Assembly (NCBI GenBank): GCA_020137815.1
Contig: CM035361.1
Coordinates: forward strand, 4,464,001 to 4,528,000
Reading direction: 5' to 3'
DNA: 64,000 nucleotides
Source: Hormiphora californensis
Lineage: Eukaryota; Animalia; Ctenophora
Shown: positions 1-24,876 of the stretch, one piece after another
Layout of the letters: each line of letters opens with the position of its first letter
Numbering within the stretch: the stretch's first letter is position 1
Program-made: the position numbers and the translations under genes
The notes under the pieces: model-generated
The model's input: the letters and a program-made list of their open reading frames with translations, nothing else
Told to the model about the DNA's origin: nothing
Database searches by the model: none

Positions 1-94
1 GATGGATAAAAATGCTTTAAGGATCAGCTGATCTTATTTATAACATACAAAATTCTCCTGAAATTGGGGTTTATTATAATCACTCCTTCATTAC

Positions 95-1082
95 CTGCTG
101 GTTTTGCACGGTAGCTGTCAGACCCAGTGGCATGAGTTATAAAATCTGCCGGAAATGTCTAAAATTTTATATCCGGTTTCTGCCGTTTTTTTCTGCCGAA
201 AATCGAAAATTTACTTGATATATACCTGATTTCAATGTCGTTTTTACTCGCGTTGCCATTGCGCGTTTTTTTTAGCGCCAGGAACCCTATTTTAAAGGTC
301 TCGCCGCTTACATAAAGTGTGTGAAAGCTATTTGAACTGAGAATTCGAAAAAATTGTTAAAAATTACATTTGGTTCCCTGCCGGTTTTATAACTCTGCCG
401 GTCCAAACCGGATTGGAAGATTTGAACTTTTATGCCACTGGGCTGTCAGATGCAGTATCCAGGTTGCCAAATTTTATCTTTTCCACTACATCTCCTCCCC
501 ACGTCGATACACAGTGAGTATCACTACTGTCACTGAACTGGTAGTTCAGAACCTCCACCCCGTTGCACTCTATGCTAAGGGTGGTAGCCGTTTTTCGAAT
601 TGTCCAAATCTTGTCCACTTCCTCGGGTGGTTGTACTGGGAGGGAGGTATAGCCGGTGCAGTCGATGATGGTGTATTGGAAAGGTGAGGTGAACTTTACA
701 ATCACCGCTCCAATGTAACTATCATCTGCAGCGTATGTAGGTACACGCATCAGCTTCCCACTCCCGGCAGTGGAGTTGGTTTTGATTTGAAGAGGAGTGC
801 TCTCCAGATCAAACGGGATGAAAGTACTGTGTACTACTGGACTCCACGCTGAAATAATACCTGATTGAGACTTTCTTACAAGGAGAACAATTTTGATAAT
901 GATTCTTTACCTTCTGGATGCGACGATATCTAACTTACTAACTTTCGTGAAATTCGCAAACAATAAAACAATTATGGGGGAACAATCATTTTCCCTTGCC
1001 CTTTAAATACTTTACAATCTAGTGGCGATGAATAATAATAGTCTCACCTTCTGTTGCAAGAGCCATGGATGGCAATAGAATT
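95..1082 (-). pseudogene. Secreted protein with a ctenophore-type 'DLESTPLQIKT...WTI.KT...CNGVEV...DTASD.YR' domain; coding exon interrupted by a hAT MITE; gene continues left of the window
   Basis: Exon 1 (ATG ~1082 to ~1048-1050) encodes signal peptide MWLFLCSILLPSMALATE, then GT. Exon 2 starts at 848 (AWSPVVHSTFIPFDLESTPLQIKTNS...DTASDS). With the MITE removed it continues YRAKPA to a GTAATG donor at 94. The family label comes from recollection of ctenophore proteins, not a search. Confidence 0.75.
123..442. mobile_element. hAT-type MITE (320 bp)
   Basis: 11-bp TIR CCCAGTGGCAT/ATGCCACTGGG; exact 8-bp TSD CTGTCAGA at 115-122 and 443-450; a related end fragment lies at 11462-11520. Confidence 0.88.
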
Positions 1083-1616
1083 GAACACAGAAAAAGCCAC
1101 ATTTTGACTATTCGGATAGGCTAGGACAAACACAACGATCTCTTGGAATTGAAGACTGGAGAGGCATGATACTCTAAAATAGACCAGTTGACTCTCTTCC
1201 TTTAATTCTCTCCATGTCTCTTACTCCCATCTCCCGTACGTGTGTAGAAGATGTTTCAAAGACTCTCTTCCTTCAGCAAATATCTCTCCCTTATTTTTAT
1301 ATCTCTCTCACTCAAACCGGCTCAACTAATGGTGTTGTCTTCTAGGCATCAGCTGATGCCCATCCCTCTAGCGTCTAGAGGGATGGGCTCTAGAGTCTAA
1401 GCTCTGTCTGTGTGTCTGCTTGTGTGTGACGTGTCTGTCTGTCTTTCACTCACTCCCTCTCTCAAAATTTACGGATTTCTGTTTTGGTACAACTTGCCCA
1501 GATCGCATTACTCTAAAACAGACCCCGGCAATATAATAAATCCCAAATTGTACTCACAACACAACAGGGTTTGACAAAAATGGGGTTTGACAACCCCCCC
1601 CCCCCCCCCCCCACAG

Positions 1617-13739
<12,123 letters not shown>

Positions 13740-15328
13740 ACAACACCCTATCTGCCGCAAAGTTATTCTCAGAGACACTATATCAAGTTATTATTACGAG
13801 TGTTTGTATGCGTTGGATGTTTGGTGGGGCTATCTTTTTCCTTTATAGAACTTAACTTATTTTGATCGTATTCAAATAAATATATCTTATTTTTAGATGG
13901 TCGAGGGTTATATATGATCAATTTTTAAGCGAGTTTTCACACTTTTTTCACAATTTTGTACAGAAAGAATTAACTCAAGTCACAATTATCTTTTTTACGA
14001 AGCACAAAAAACACTTTTTTAATGATTTTCACAAATTTGTAGATTTTCAACTTTTTTCTTCAGCAAATTTCTTTGGTTACATTTTAATTTTTTTTCTCGC
14101 GAAACACTATTTTCAGAAGAGTTGTTAATGATTTTTTGATACGATGGCTTGTGAATAAACATATTTTATAGTTAACCTCAGAGCGTTTAGTATTTAAGGT
14201 CACATGATGTAACCGTAGTCCATACCTATGGTAACCAAGTGTTGTTACTGATTCAGTAACACTATCGGTTGCTATAGCTACTGATTCAGTAACACTATCG
14301 GTTGCTATAGTTACTGATTCAGTAACACTTTCGGTTGCTATAGCTACTTGGCTGTGGTTACCTAGATACAATTTATGTGGGTAAATATACAGGGGTATGT
14401 TAGTTTTTTACAGCACAATTCACCCTCACTCATTATCACACTTTTAGGGTGTTCTAATCCCCCTAATTATTAGGAAGTGAGGAAGATAGTCAACATTCCA
14501 GATCTCCTAAATGCTGTCCAGTTAGTCAGTTTTTAGTACCGACTGCATTTCTTCCTCAGCACTGTTTTAGTTTCATTTTTTTCGGATATTTTGTACACTT
14601 TCCGAGTTAGATATCTTTACACCAGGAATTATGAGGGTGTTTTTTTCTAGCTATTTTTCACAAGTGTAAAAACCCCGTTAAAAGTGAACTGAGGGAGATA
14701 GTTGAGTAACAACAAGAAAGAGAGAGAGAGAGAGAGGGAAATGTGTGAAATGTGTTTGGAGTGGTGATTGTGTTTCATGTATAAGCTACATTTTAGTGTG
14801 TTATATAACGTGGTGAAACAACGACTTTTCTCCTTCGTACCAACACAGAATTGGAAATGATTGGAAAACGTTTTCAAAAGATCTTGTCAATTTTTTTGGT
14901 TCGATGCAAGGCAAAGGAGTAACAGTAACCTAAATTTTGGGTAGCGTGCGACTTTTGCACGTGCATGTTCAAAGGCCAAAGCGCTCCTACTATCTCACTC
15001 TCTCTTTATCTCACTCTGTCTCCATCTCGCTCTGTATCCATCTCACTCTGTCTCTCGCTCTGTATCCATCTCGCTCTGTTACAGAGCGAGATGGATACAG
15101 TATCCATCTCTCTTTCTCCATCTCACTCTGTATCCATCTCTCTTTCTCCATCCTATGGATAATATCCATCTCACCGGGTTATAAAACACAAATCAAAGGC
15201 ATTAAATTTGGGATGTTTAGTAACAAAAAAATGGGTGTGTATATTTACAATGGTTCACTCAACAGTGTACAGAAAAATAAATACGTTAAAATGTATGTTT
15301 CACTCTCTTTTTTATCTCTGTCTATCAC

Positions 15329-16465
15329 ATATGGTCAATGTTATTTTTGTCTGGCTCGCCGACCAAAATTTTCCATCGAGCTATAGTAAATAGGCTACAA
15401 CCCCCAAGGTTTTACTCAGCACCTCAAAAAATTGAAAAATTGTCAAAACTTCATTATTGTGAAAACGCGATGTCTCTAGCTCAATCCAGTGAGGTGCTAG
15501 ACACTGAAATATCCCGTGAGGTGCCCACGTGAGGTGCTCTTGATTTACAGGAATACCGTTTGAGCAAAAATCTCGAAATTTTCGGAAAAGCTAGATTGAT
15601 TTCTAACTCATCAGATGAGGTGAAAAGCTAAGAAAATTTTACTCATTTAGTGAGGTGCAAGCCGTTTTTAGAGCAAAAGGTTTACTCTTCAGGGGTCAAA
15701 TGAGTGAATAATGATTTGAAACTTGGTATATAGCAAGATTGGACAATTCCCCCCTGATTTACCTAAAATTTAATCTAAAAATTACTCAGCGAGTGAGGTG
15801 CAGACCTTTGAAAAATGACATATTTTACCTACTTCTCCAGGGCACCTCACAGGTTGAGTAATGACATTGGAGTCGATTAGGTAGTGTTTGGGGATGTCAT
15901 ATGAGCAAATTAAAGCCACTTTTAGAACTATATACTCACTGAGTGAGGTGCAATTAGCGTTTGAAGAAAATACCGTTTTTTGGGTGCACCTCACTCATTG
16001 AGCAAAATTTTTGGAACTTTTTTGTTACAAATGATGGTTTTGAGTCTACTGCAAGTATCTAGCTAGGAAAAGTCGTGAAAAGGGAGGTGCTACAGGCTTA
16101 AAAGTAGCTGTAAGTATACAGTGTAACTTTAAACACCGTTTGCACCTCATAGATTGAGTAAGTTTGCTTACATATTTTAATAGGTGTTTATATTGGACAT
16201 TTTTCAGCATATTTTCGAAAATTTTAGGAAAAATTATTAAAAATTGACGGAAAAGCACATGCTTTTGCAAACTATGTCACCGGCACCTCACGAAATGAGT
16301 TATTCAAATTTTAGAGTTGTAAAAGCGACTATTATACATTTTTATTAATAAATTCGGAATATTACGTTAATTTGGCATTATTTAGTTGTCCAAAAATGAC
16401 TAAATGTAAAAGTGTCCATTTTTCGAAGTCAAAAACGAACCAGACAAAAATAACATTGACCATAT
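15329..16465. mobile_element. ~1.1-kb non-autonomous TIR DNA transposon
   Basis: TIR ATATGGTCAATGTTATTTTTGTCTGG / CCAGACAAAAATAACATTGACCATAT; many internal GAGGTGC motifs in both orientations. Confidence 0.8.
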
Positions 16466-16678
16466 ATATCCCCGCTCAGAACTCGGAAGCCCATTATTAA
16501 ATAAGTTCTGAATTATTTACCATCTCTCAATATCTTTTTGCAACCTATACATAGTTTTAATATCCCGAAAATCGCCACATTTTACTCTTAACCTCCCTCT
16601 CTCTTTGTCTCTCTGTCAGCTGTCTCACTCTCTCGCTGTCTCTCTGTATCTCTGTCTTTCTCTCTATTTCTCTCTCTA

Positions 16679-19427
16679 TCACACTTCTATCTCATCATCT
16701 GACGGTCCATCATCTTCAACATGGTTACAAGAGTTTTTAATCGCCACGGAGCTTGGTTTGGTGGCCGGGATTGGGGTTGATGGTCCTGGAATAGAGGATG
16801 AGGGATCTGATAGGGTGAAATCTGTGGGGTTCGGGGGAATGTCCAGTTCTTTATCCGAATCTGCAGCATCGCTGAAAGAGAGAGAGAGAGAGTTGAATTG
16901 ATAATCAATTTGATTTAGTTGGGAGAGAATCCATCAAATAAAGTTGGGAGAATTAATTAATCAAAGTGTGATGTAGGAGGACTAATTGGATTTCTATCAG
17001 TATCACAGCTGAGCCAATGTCAAATCCGGTTCCCTTTGAAAGTTTCAGGGAAGTAGGAACCGGAATTGAAAATTTTATTTTGGATGTGCGCGCGGCCTGT
17101 TTCCAAAACATGATACACCGTAAGCGCGGTGAGAACAATGAAAATGTCCTCGCGCGTCACAATCAATAACTTGATGGTGTGATCACATGGAGCACAATTA
17201 TTTATTGAAGTGGACAGACAGACAGACAAACAGATTGAAGGTGACGGACAGTGTAATCGTAATTAGAAGAGGGAATATATGCGTAGTTCTGTGGAAATAA
17301 TATTATAATATTAGAGATTGGATAGGTAGTAACACTAGACAGACAGTTATACTAGTAAATAATTACAAAAGTTGCAAAAGTATGAGACAGAATAAACGGC
17401 CTCATTGTAAGTTTTTTTAAGAAATAGGCCACGCTGACGTCGAAAAAAAAGAAGAAAAAAGGTTTTTAAATCTCAGACAACAGTGAAATTAATATTACCT
17501 ATCTTCCTCTGGATAGTTTGGCGGTAAGTTATCTGAAAACAATGAAGTGTTAGTACACACACACACAACTATCGGAGATATAACAGCTCATAAAAATTTA
17601 TGGACCACCCTGTATCTAATATATACAGGGTGGTCGATAAATTGTTAGGGCAGGGAACCGACCGAAACAAGTAAACAACCAATCAGAACTCGTTATTTAG
17701 GTCACGTGACTGGTTATTAGCCAATCAGGGACCAGTATTTCCTGATTCGGTCGGTTCCTGGTATCTATGTTTAGTCCATCACCCAAAACTGCTAGACCCA
17801 ATCTCCCCCCGCCCAGAACTCAACTGCTTCATAATAACTTACTGGGCATGAGGAGGGACTCATTATAAGATGGGGGCATAGTATCCTCAAAGGGAGCCTC
17901 CCCAGGTAGTAACCTGACAACATAATCTGCTGCAGCTGAGAGAAAAACGGAGGGGTTACTTGCCTGGCTAGACTGTGTTACAAATGTAAAGGGAGGGTTA
18001 GAACATAACAAGGGGTTACAGAACTCTAAACAACTAGTACACTATGTGTAACTATGTGTGTACGTGGTATGTTCATTTTTGGATCTTAGCCAACCTTGGC
18101 ACAAGTCCAAAACGAACAGTCTACAATATCACTGCGCTGGCAAGCGCAAAGGTTGCCATTCCCCCTCCCCCAAACAGCAAAGCGCCGCCAGAAACGCAGT
18201 TATACGTTTTATGGGTGTTTTGACTGAAAACCCAGATTTCAGAAGGCTATAGCATGGCTCCCATTCATCCGTTTGACTTGAAATTTGGAATGTATACCCG
18301 GCTCGGGGTCATTAACTTAAGTTCAAAATTTCAAGTCTCTATCTCATCTGGAACTGAAGTTACAGACAGGTCCCATTTGCCCTAGATTCAGTGTAACACA
18401 TATGCGCGGGCGCGCACGCGCGCGCGCGCGTAGGAGAGACGCTTTTTATAAACCATATTCACGCCAAACGAAAAGAGATAGAAACTTCTCGTTTTCACAG
18501 CTGGTAGATCTACTGGATGTGTGTGCATTAGTCGAGGTGGCGTCCCTTTTCATCGCCAGGAACGTCCTACAGAACGTCCTAAAGTCGTCATTTTTCAGAC
18601 TCTCACCAAAATTCTTTGAGCTCAATTTACACCCTAAAGACGGATTCTAATCGAAAAACGAAGACTATACCATGGAAAGAGAATTGTCTGAACTTTCAGA
18701 AACTATATTGGGAATTTTCAAAACTGCATGTATAAGGGTCTTAAAACGCGTCTGAAGTGTTACGACTGTTTAAAAATAGATATGACGATTGGGTTTTTTC
18801 GCCATAGCGGACTCAAATCTTATCTAATCGATCTCAAACTTGGTCAGTATCTTCATCTAGGTAATCCCGATGATATGACGTCAAAATTTTGACGTCATGA
18901 CGTCGTGACGTCATTTTATGACGTCAAAATGACGTCAAAAATGAAAAAAATTCAACTTAACGATTCCATCCTCTCCGTACTTGTTCTACTACATCTAAAT
19001 GGATAAAAAATCCCAAAAATGATGCAAATTATACCAAAACTAATTGAAATTAGTAGGCCAGAAAGGTTGCCCTATGATTTGAGCTACCTTTGGCACCAGT
19101 ACATTTCCTTTTGAAGATAGACGAAGCATCTGTTATACCTTGTTTTTACCCCGTGAATGCAAATGTTACGGTGGCAAAGGTAGCTCAAATCATAGTGCAA
19201 CCTTTCTGGCCTACTAATTTCAATTAGTTTTGGTATAATTACATCATAAGTTTTTCTCAATACTCACAGGATCCAAGGCGAAGATTTCTTATCCGTCTCC
19301 TATTCTCGTTATGTGAGAGATATAGTTTCTGGCCGCAGGAGAGCATTAAAATTATCAGAAGTAGGGATAGTACACATCCAACTGATACAGCGGTTATAAC
19401 CATGGTTTTATCTTGTCGTCTTAACAT
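16679..19427 (-). CDS. Single-pass membrane protein with PPxY motifs; TM region and tail resemble LRP3/10/12 or LDLRAD/PMEPA1-type adaptors; may be 5'-partial
   Basis: Exons 19429-19268, 17935-17843, 17532-17499, 16871-16679 splice in frame with GT-AG: MLRRQDKTMVITAVSVGCVLSLLLIILMLSCGQKLYLSH...EAPFEDTMPPSYNESLLMPNNLPPNYPEEDS...DDEIEV*. Confidence 0.72.
19027..19240. mobile_element. Foldback MITE with ~70-bp arms
   Basis: AATTATACCAAAACTAATTGAAATTAGTAGGCCAGAAAGGTTGC... and its reverse complement ending 19240. Confidence 0.8.
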
Positions 19428-20461
19428 TGCTGAAATGGAGGGAGTTGTAATTAAAAAACCAATGATTTAAAAGTACTAAAAAAGAGGGAGTTGATTTAAA
19501 GATGTCACCCGCATGATTTTTTTCTACAACCATTGCGCTAAAAAGCCTTTAATCGTAGCAATTACTATCAGTAATTTGGACCAATCTTTCGTACCTAGGT
19601 ATTATTTTTATATTGCCCTATCTATTTCTCATTTGTGAAAATATTATGCAATAATTACACACAGCACAGATCACGCGGAGTCACGGATAATGTTTACAAA
19701 TCTACTGTCCCCCCTTGTTATGTTCCTTTACAAAAAGGTGAGAGAGGGTATCGAGCAAGGCGATTCCTCGCCGTATTATATTAGTATTTTGGATCCAGTG
19801 TTTTAGTATCGACTGCATTTCTTCCTCAGCACTGATTTTAGTTTCATTTTTTCGGGTATTTTGTGCACTTTCCGAGTTAGATATCTTTACACCAGGAATT
19901 ATGATGGTATTTTGGCACTCTCAACTAACTTCCAAGTTGGCAGTTAGTTATATTTTCAGTTGGCAGGTCTATGTATGCTATTCACCACAATATCTAAATG
20001 GTAGCCAATCACGACAGAGAAAAACGATAAGAGAGAGAACGGGAGAAAAATAATAATACTCCAAATTTAGGATGATCTCCGGTATGTAGTGATAAAATTG
20101 AGTGAGTAATAAAATGTCGCATGCCAACCCTTGTCAAGGGAGCTCAGTGTGAGAAATGGCGGGAGGCACAAAACACACGCACATTCGATCCGGTGTTTAA
20201 CAAACCAAAAAAGTAAACCTATCTCAGCAACATTTCCACCGTCTATCTAGTGTGAAGCTTTGTTTGTAATTTACACGTACGTTCATTGCTCATATAACAG
20301 GCCTCATTGTCTAATGTTTAATGTAATGTCTCTAATGTGTTTATTGTTACTTCACCTCAGAAAGGAAGTCAACATGTTTGTTGTGAGAAGGATGGAAAGT
20401 TTAAAAAAGTTAGAAAAGTTAAATTTAGAGGACAACTATAAGAATAGAAGGATCTAAGTTT

Positions 20462-23400
20462 TTTTTTTTTTTTTTTTTTTTTTTTCTCGCGACCTCTCCG
20501 CGTCCTTAGTGTCACCGAAGGCTATGTTGGGGCCCTTTGTGAAACTACGAAACTCCCAATGCCCCTTGTTTGCCCCCAGAGCCTTCTCGGCCCGGCGCTG
20601 GTCATCCTGGTCACACCTGGATTCTGGCATCCAGACGTGACCAACAAAGTGACTACCCAACTTAGACAAACAAAGTTTGGTCCGGCGTCTGGTACAACGG
20701 CACATCCTATACATCGCTTGGCTAGCGGGGGGAACTTAAACAGGCCGACTTGACCTTCCATTTGAGCCTAGGTGTGCGGGGGCCAAGATTCAAGTGATTA
20801 TGATAACGATTGATATGTGCTGTTTGTCAAGACTGCACCATGCCCAAAGTGTGGTATTCCCAGATCTTGAAAAAGTAGAATGAAACGAGCGTAGGAGAGA
20901 GAGAGGAGAGATAGAGAGAGGGAGAGACGACGAAGAGGAGAGAGAGAGCGAGGAGAGTAGCAGAGAGTTAGAGGAGAGGCCGTGAAGGAGGACGTCTCTG
21001 CTGACGTAAAAGAGGCGTTCGGAGAGAGAGAGAGGAGATGCAGGGGAGACAGAGAGGAGCCGATGTGCGAGAGGGATGAGAGAGAAAAAAACGCCCGATA
21101 GAAGAATGAGGAGAGAAGAGAAAGACCGACGAAAAGCGAGGAGAAAGGGACGAGTAAAGGTCAGGCGGAAGTTACGAAGGAGGGTAAAAAGTAACAGCGA
21201 AGAAGTTTGAGGACCCAGAAACAAAGATAGTTACGGGAACGAAAGAACAACACCCTCGGGATAAAGGAAAGACGCGATGGAAAAGCAGGGCTAATGCAGA
21301 ACAGATTGATGGTAATCGAATTACCAAGGAATGTAGGAAGGGATCGAGGCGCAGCGAGCGAAAGAAGAGAATTAAAGGGGAAAAATGACTAAAAAAAGAA
21401 GGCAGCAGAGGAGAGCAATGGATGAGGAAGAATAGAGAGAGACGGAGGATGGCCCTTCCGAGAGACGGGGAGACGAGAGCGGAGGAGAGATAGAGAGAGA
21501 AGGAGAAAAAGAAACAAGAAAGAGAGACGATGTAAGAAAAGAAAGCGAGAGAGAGGGCAGGAGCGAGAGGGCTCCAGGAGGAGAATATACAGGAGTTAGG
21601 TGGAAGGTGGTGTTGGAGCCCTGGGGGTAGGGGAACACTGCCGATGACAAGCGCAAAGGTGCACCATCTAATGCCCATCCCCAAAAAATGTGACCCAATT
21701 GAAAACAGTGCAGTTTGATAACAAAGTTTGTTTGAAAAAAGTTTGTGACATAAGGTCTGGTATGGTTTAATTTTGACAAACAGGGCTTTTAAATTGGATG
21801 TGTTACCTAACAATAACCAACCACGGATTGACAAACTTAGACACTTCATGGAGGTGATGGGTACCGTGGTTTGGTGATGCGATGAGAGGTATCCTGTTAC
21901 AGTTAGAGGTAAAGCCTTACACGGAGAAGATCAAACACAAATAAGGCGGGGCAGATAAGACAACTTTGTGAGGTGTTTACACGCGATAAGCGACTTTTAG
22001 GAAACCAAAAACACAAGGCTGTCTCGTAGCGAGGTTCTAAGAAACTGCTCTAAATTGGGAAGGGCCAGGGTGTGGAGGAGGTGGGGGTGGGGCGGAGGGG
22101 CGGGGCGGAGGGCGTTTTTTGGCGTGGGAGGGGGGAAAAGTAGAGTTGTAGGGCCGTTTGGAGTACCCAAATTTGCCGAAATAGACGTGGTCGGGACATT
22201 TACTAATAACAAGGCGGGGTGGGGGTTAGTGTATTACTGAAAATATGAGGTAGGGGTAGGTTGGGAGAAGAAGAACTGGCCAATTATGTTGCGGTGATAG
22301 TCCAAATGGCAGGCGGAAGCGAGAGTTAAAAACAAAGGACACAATGTAAGGAGACAAGTAGTGAGGACAATGTGGATATTTGATCTTGTGTGAATTCTTC
22401 GGTTCGCAAGTATTTCTTCAGGGAAATGCAAAGATTATTTATGAATTTTAAATTTTGAAAATATGAACTGAAACTTTGGGGAGTACTTTGGACAGCATAA
22501 TTACCTTCTAGAGGTTTAGTAAGCGAAGGAAATGATGTGAGAGTGGTAGGACGAGAGAGAGAGCTTTGGAGAGAGAGTACGACCTGGAAGAACAGACCGA
22601 CGAGAGACGGCATGACGGCGAGAGCAGGACCGGAAACAACTGGAGAGGAGAGGAGGCCAGATCGACTCGTCCGACGGGGATTCGATTTTGACCCCAAGAC
22701 CTCACTGGACACAGATTGCCGCCATCGCCCACACCCCTTCCATCTTTTTTTTCGCCCCTCTCATGTACCCCCCCGCCACCCTGATTCCACTCCCGTCACC
22801 GCGGACACTTTGTATTTTACAATTTATGTTTGGGTAGGGTGACCATTAGAGGAGACGTTATGCTGTGATAGATGTATCTATATCAATATCGGTCTTTGGA
22901 AAATGTGTGTCTATTGACTTATGATACCCATCCGGGATTCTATTCCGCTTGAGAATTAATTTAGCATGGCACTCATTCCTCATCCTCGTCACGCCTCTTT
23001 GCTCTTTTTGTTTTCTTTTCTTTTTTTTTGTTGCTAGTAGGATCAACATAATTCACGGGAAAAGTTCTTGATCCAAGGGAGTTCGAACTCGGACCGTTCT
23101 AGTCTAACACCATGCCCCTGCCTACGTGACCCACATCGAACTTAGTTATTTATCAGACGAGTCCGAAGTGGATCTAGAACGCTGCGCGAAGAGACACCGC
23201 GCGGCAGTGGGCTGGGGGACTGGCGATTTTCTGAAGAGGGAGAGAGGAGACGGAGGAGAGATGAGACGAGAGAGAGAGAGAGAGAGAGACGAGAGAGGCG
23301 AGAGGAGATGGGAGGGGGAGAGAGAGAGAGGATAGATTAGACATGTTTGAGGCCAGTACAAATTTTGCCGAATATGTAGACGTGTGTCGGGACATGTACT

Positions 23401-24350
23401 AAACAAGGCCGGGGTGGGGGTAGTGTTTACTGAAATGGAGGGTCGTTGGTAGAGGAGAAGAGAGAAACTGGCAATTTATGTGCGGTGGATAGCCAAAATG
23501 CAGCGGAAAGCGAGAGTAAAACAAAGAACAATGTAAGGAGGACAGTAGTGTACAATGTTGGAAGTATTTGATCTTGTGTGAATTCTTCGGTCGCAAAGTA
23601 TGTGCTCAGTGGAAATGCAAGAGATTTTAATAGAATTTAAATTTGAAATAGGAATGAACTGAAACTTTGAGTACTTTGACAGCATATTTACCACTTTAGA
23701 ACGTATTGTAGTAAACGAAGGAGTTGTCTATCGGGCCCTAGAAGCTGAAGTGTGAGAGTTGAGACGAGAGAGCCGAGAGAGGAGAGAGAGGAGAATGAGA
23801 GAGAGCGTGACGAGGAGATGTACGCGAAGGATGAGGAGACGATGACGACGACGGGTGATGAGAGAGGAGACGGGAGTCGAGAGGGATGGAAGGAGGAGAG
23901 GGAGAGATAAACGGACTGATGAAGGAGAAGGAGGAGGAGAGAGGGAGACAGAGACGAGAGAGAGGGGGGGGGGTCGAGAGATGAGAGCGAGAGAGAGAGA
24001 GAGAAGAGGAGAAGAGCACGGCTGAGAGAGTAGACGAGGACCAGGGAGGAAACGCCCCGACGGAATAGAGACTGAGGGGGAAGGAAAGCAAAAAAGTAGA
24101 GGAGTATGAGGGGGAGAGAGAGAGAGAGAGGAGAGAGGAGAGAGAGAGAGATTAGAAGTTTTGAGGCCAGTACAAATTTGCCGAAATAGACGTGTGTCGG
24201 GACATTTACTAAACAAGCCGGGGGTGGGGGTAGTGTTTACTGAAATTGGGTAGTTGGGAGAAGAAGAACTGGCAATTTATGTGCGGTGATAGTCCAAAAT
24301 GGCAGCGGAAGCGAGAGTTAAAACAAAGACAATGTAAGGAGACAAGTAGT
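20462..24350 (-). mobile_element. Poly(A)-tailed, non-coding retroposed insertion (~3.9 kb) with internal ~1-kb repeats
   Basis: Poly-T at 20459-20485; 15-bp direct repeat GAAGGATCTAAGTTT at 20447-20461 and 24351-24365; block GAAATAGACGTG..GGGACAT..GACAAGTAGTG recurs at ~22180, ~23370, ~24183. The interior sequence is noisy. Confidence 0.6.
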
Positions 24351-24876
24351 GAAGGATCTAAGTTTAGAGGACGTTAAATGTGTACAATACTCGCTCTCAC
24401 TTGGTGTCTGTATACAGGCTTACACCATGATTCTCTCCCCTCTCTCTCTCTCTCTCCCTCCCTCTCTCTCTCTCTCTATCTCTGTCTATAATCACTTCCT
24501 GGTGACACAGCACACACGTCAGATCCTGCATCGACATAAAATACATTTCGGGGATATTTTAGTCAGAAGGAATATTCTTAAGAAAATAAACAGAGAAGGG
24601 AAACAGAATAGGGTTGAGCCATCACAGGCCTGTCGCACTGTGACGGCGTCACCGGTCACAGTATGAGTTACACCCCTCTTCTGCAGTTGGTAATGAAATT
24701 ACCCCTCCGCGATGTAATGACTCACTATATGCAATAAAAGGGGTGACTTCGCGGCAAATAGTGTATGTGTTCAGCACGTACTAGCGCCCTGATTGGCCAC
24801 GGTTGCGTGTCGTCTTACTGTATCTTCGTTTTCCATTACCGTTTTCCCACTACAAGCGACCGAGTAAGATCTAAAG

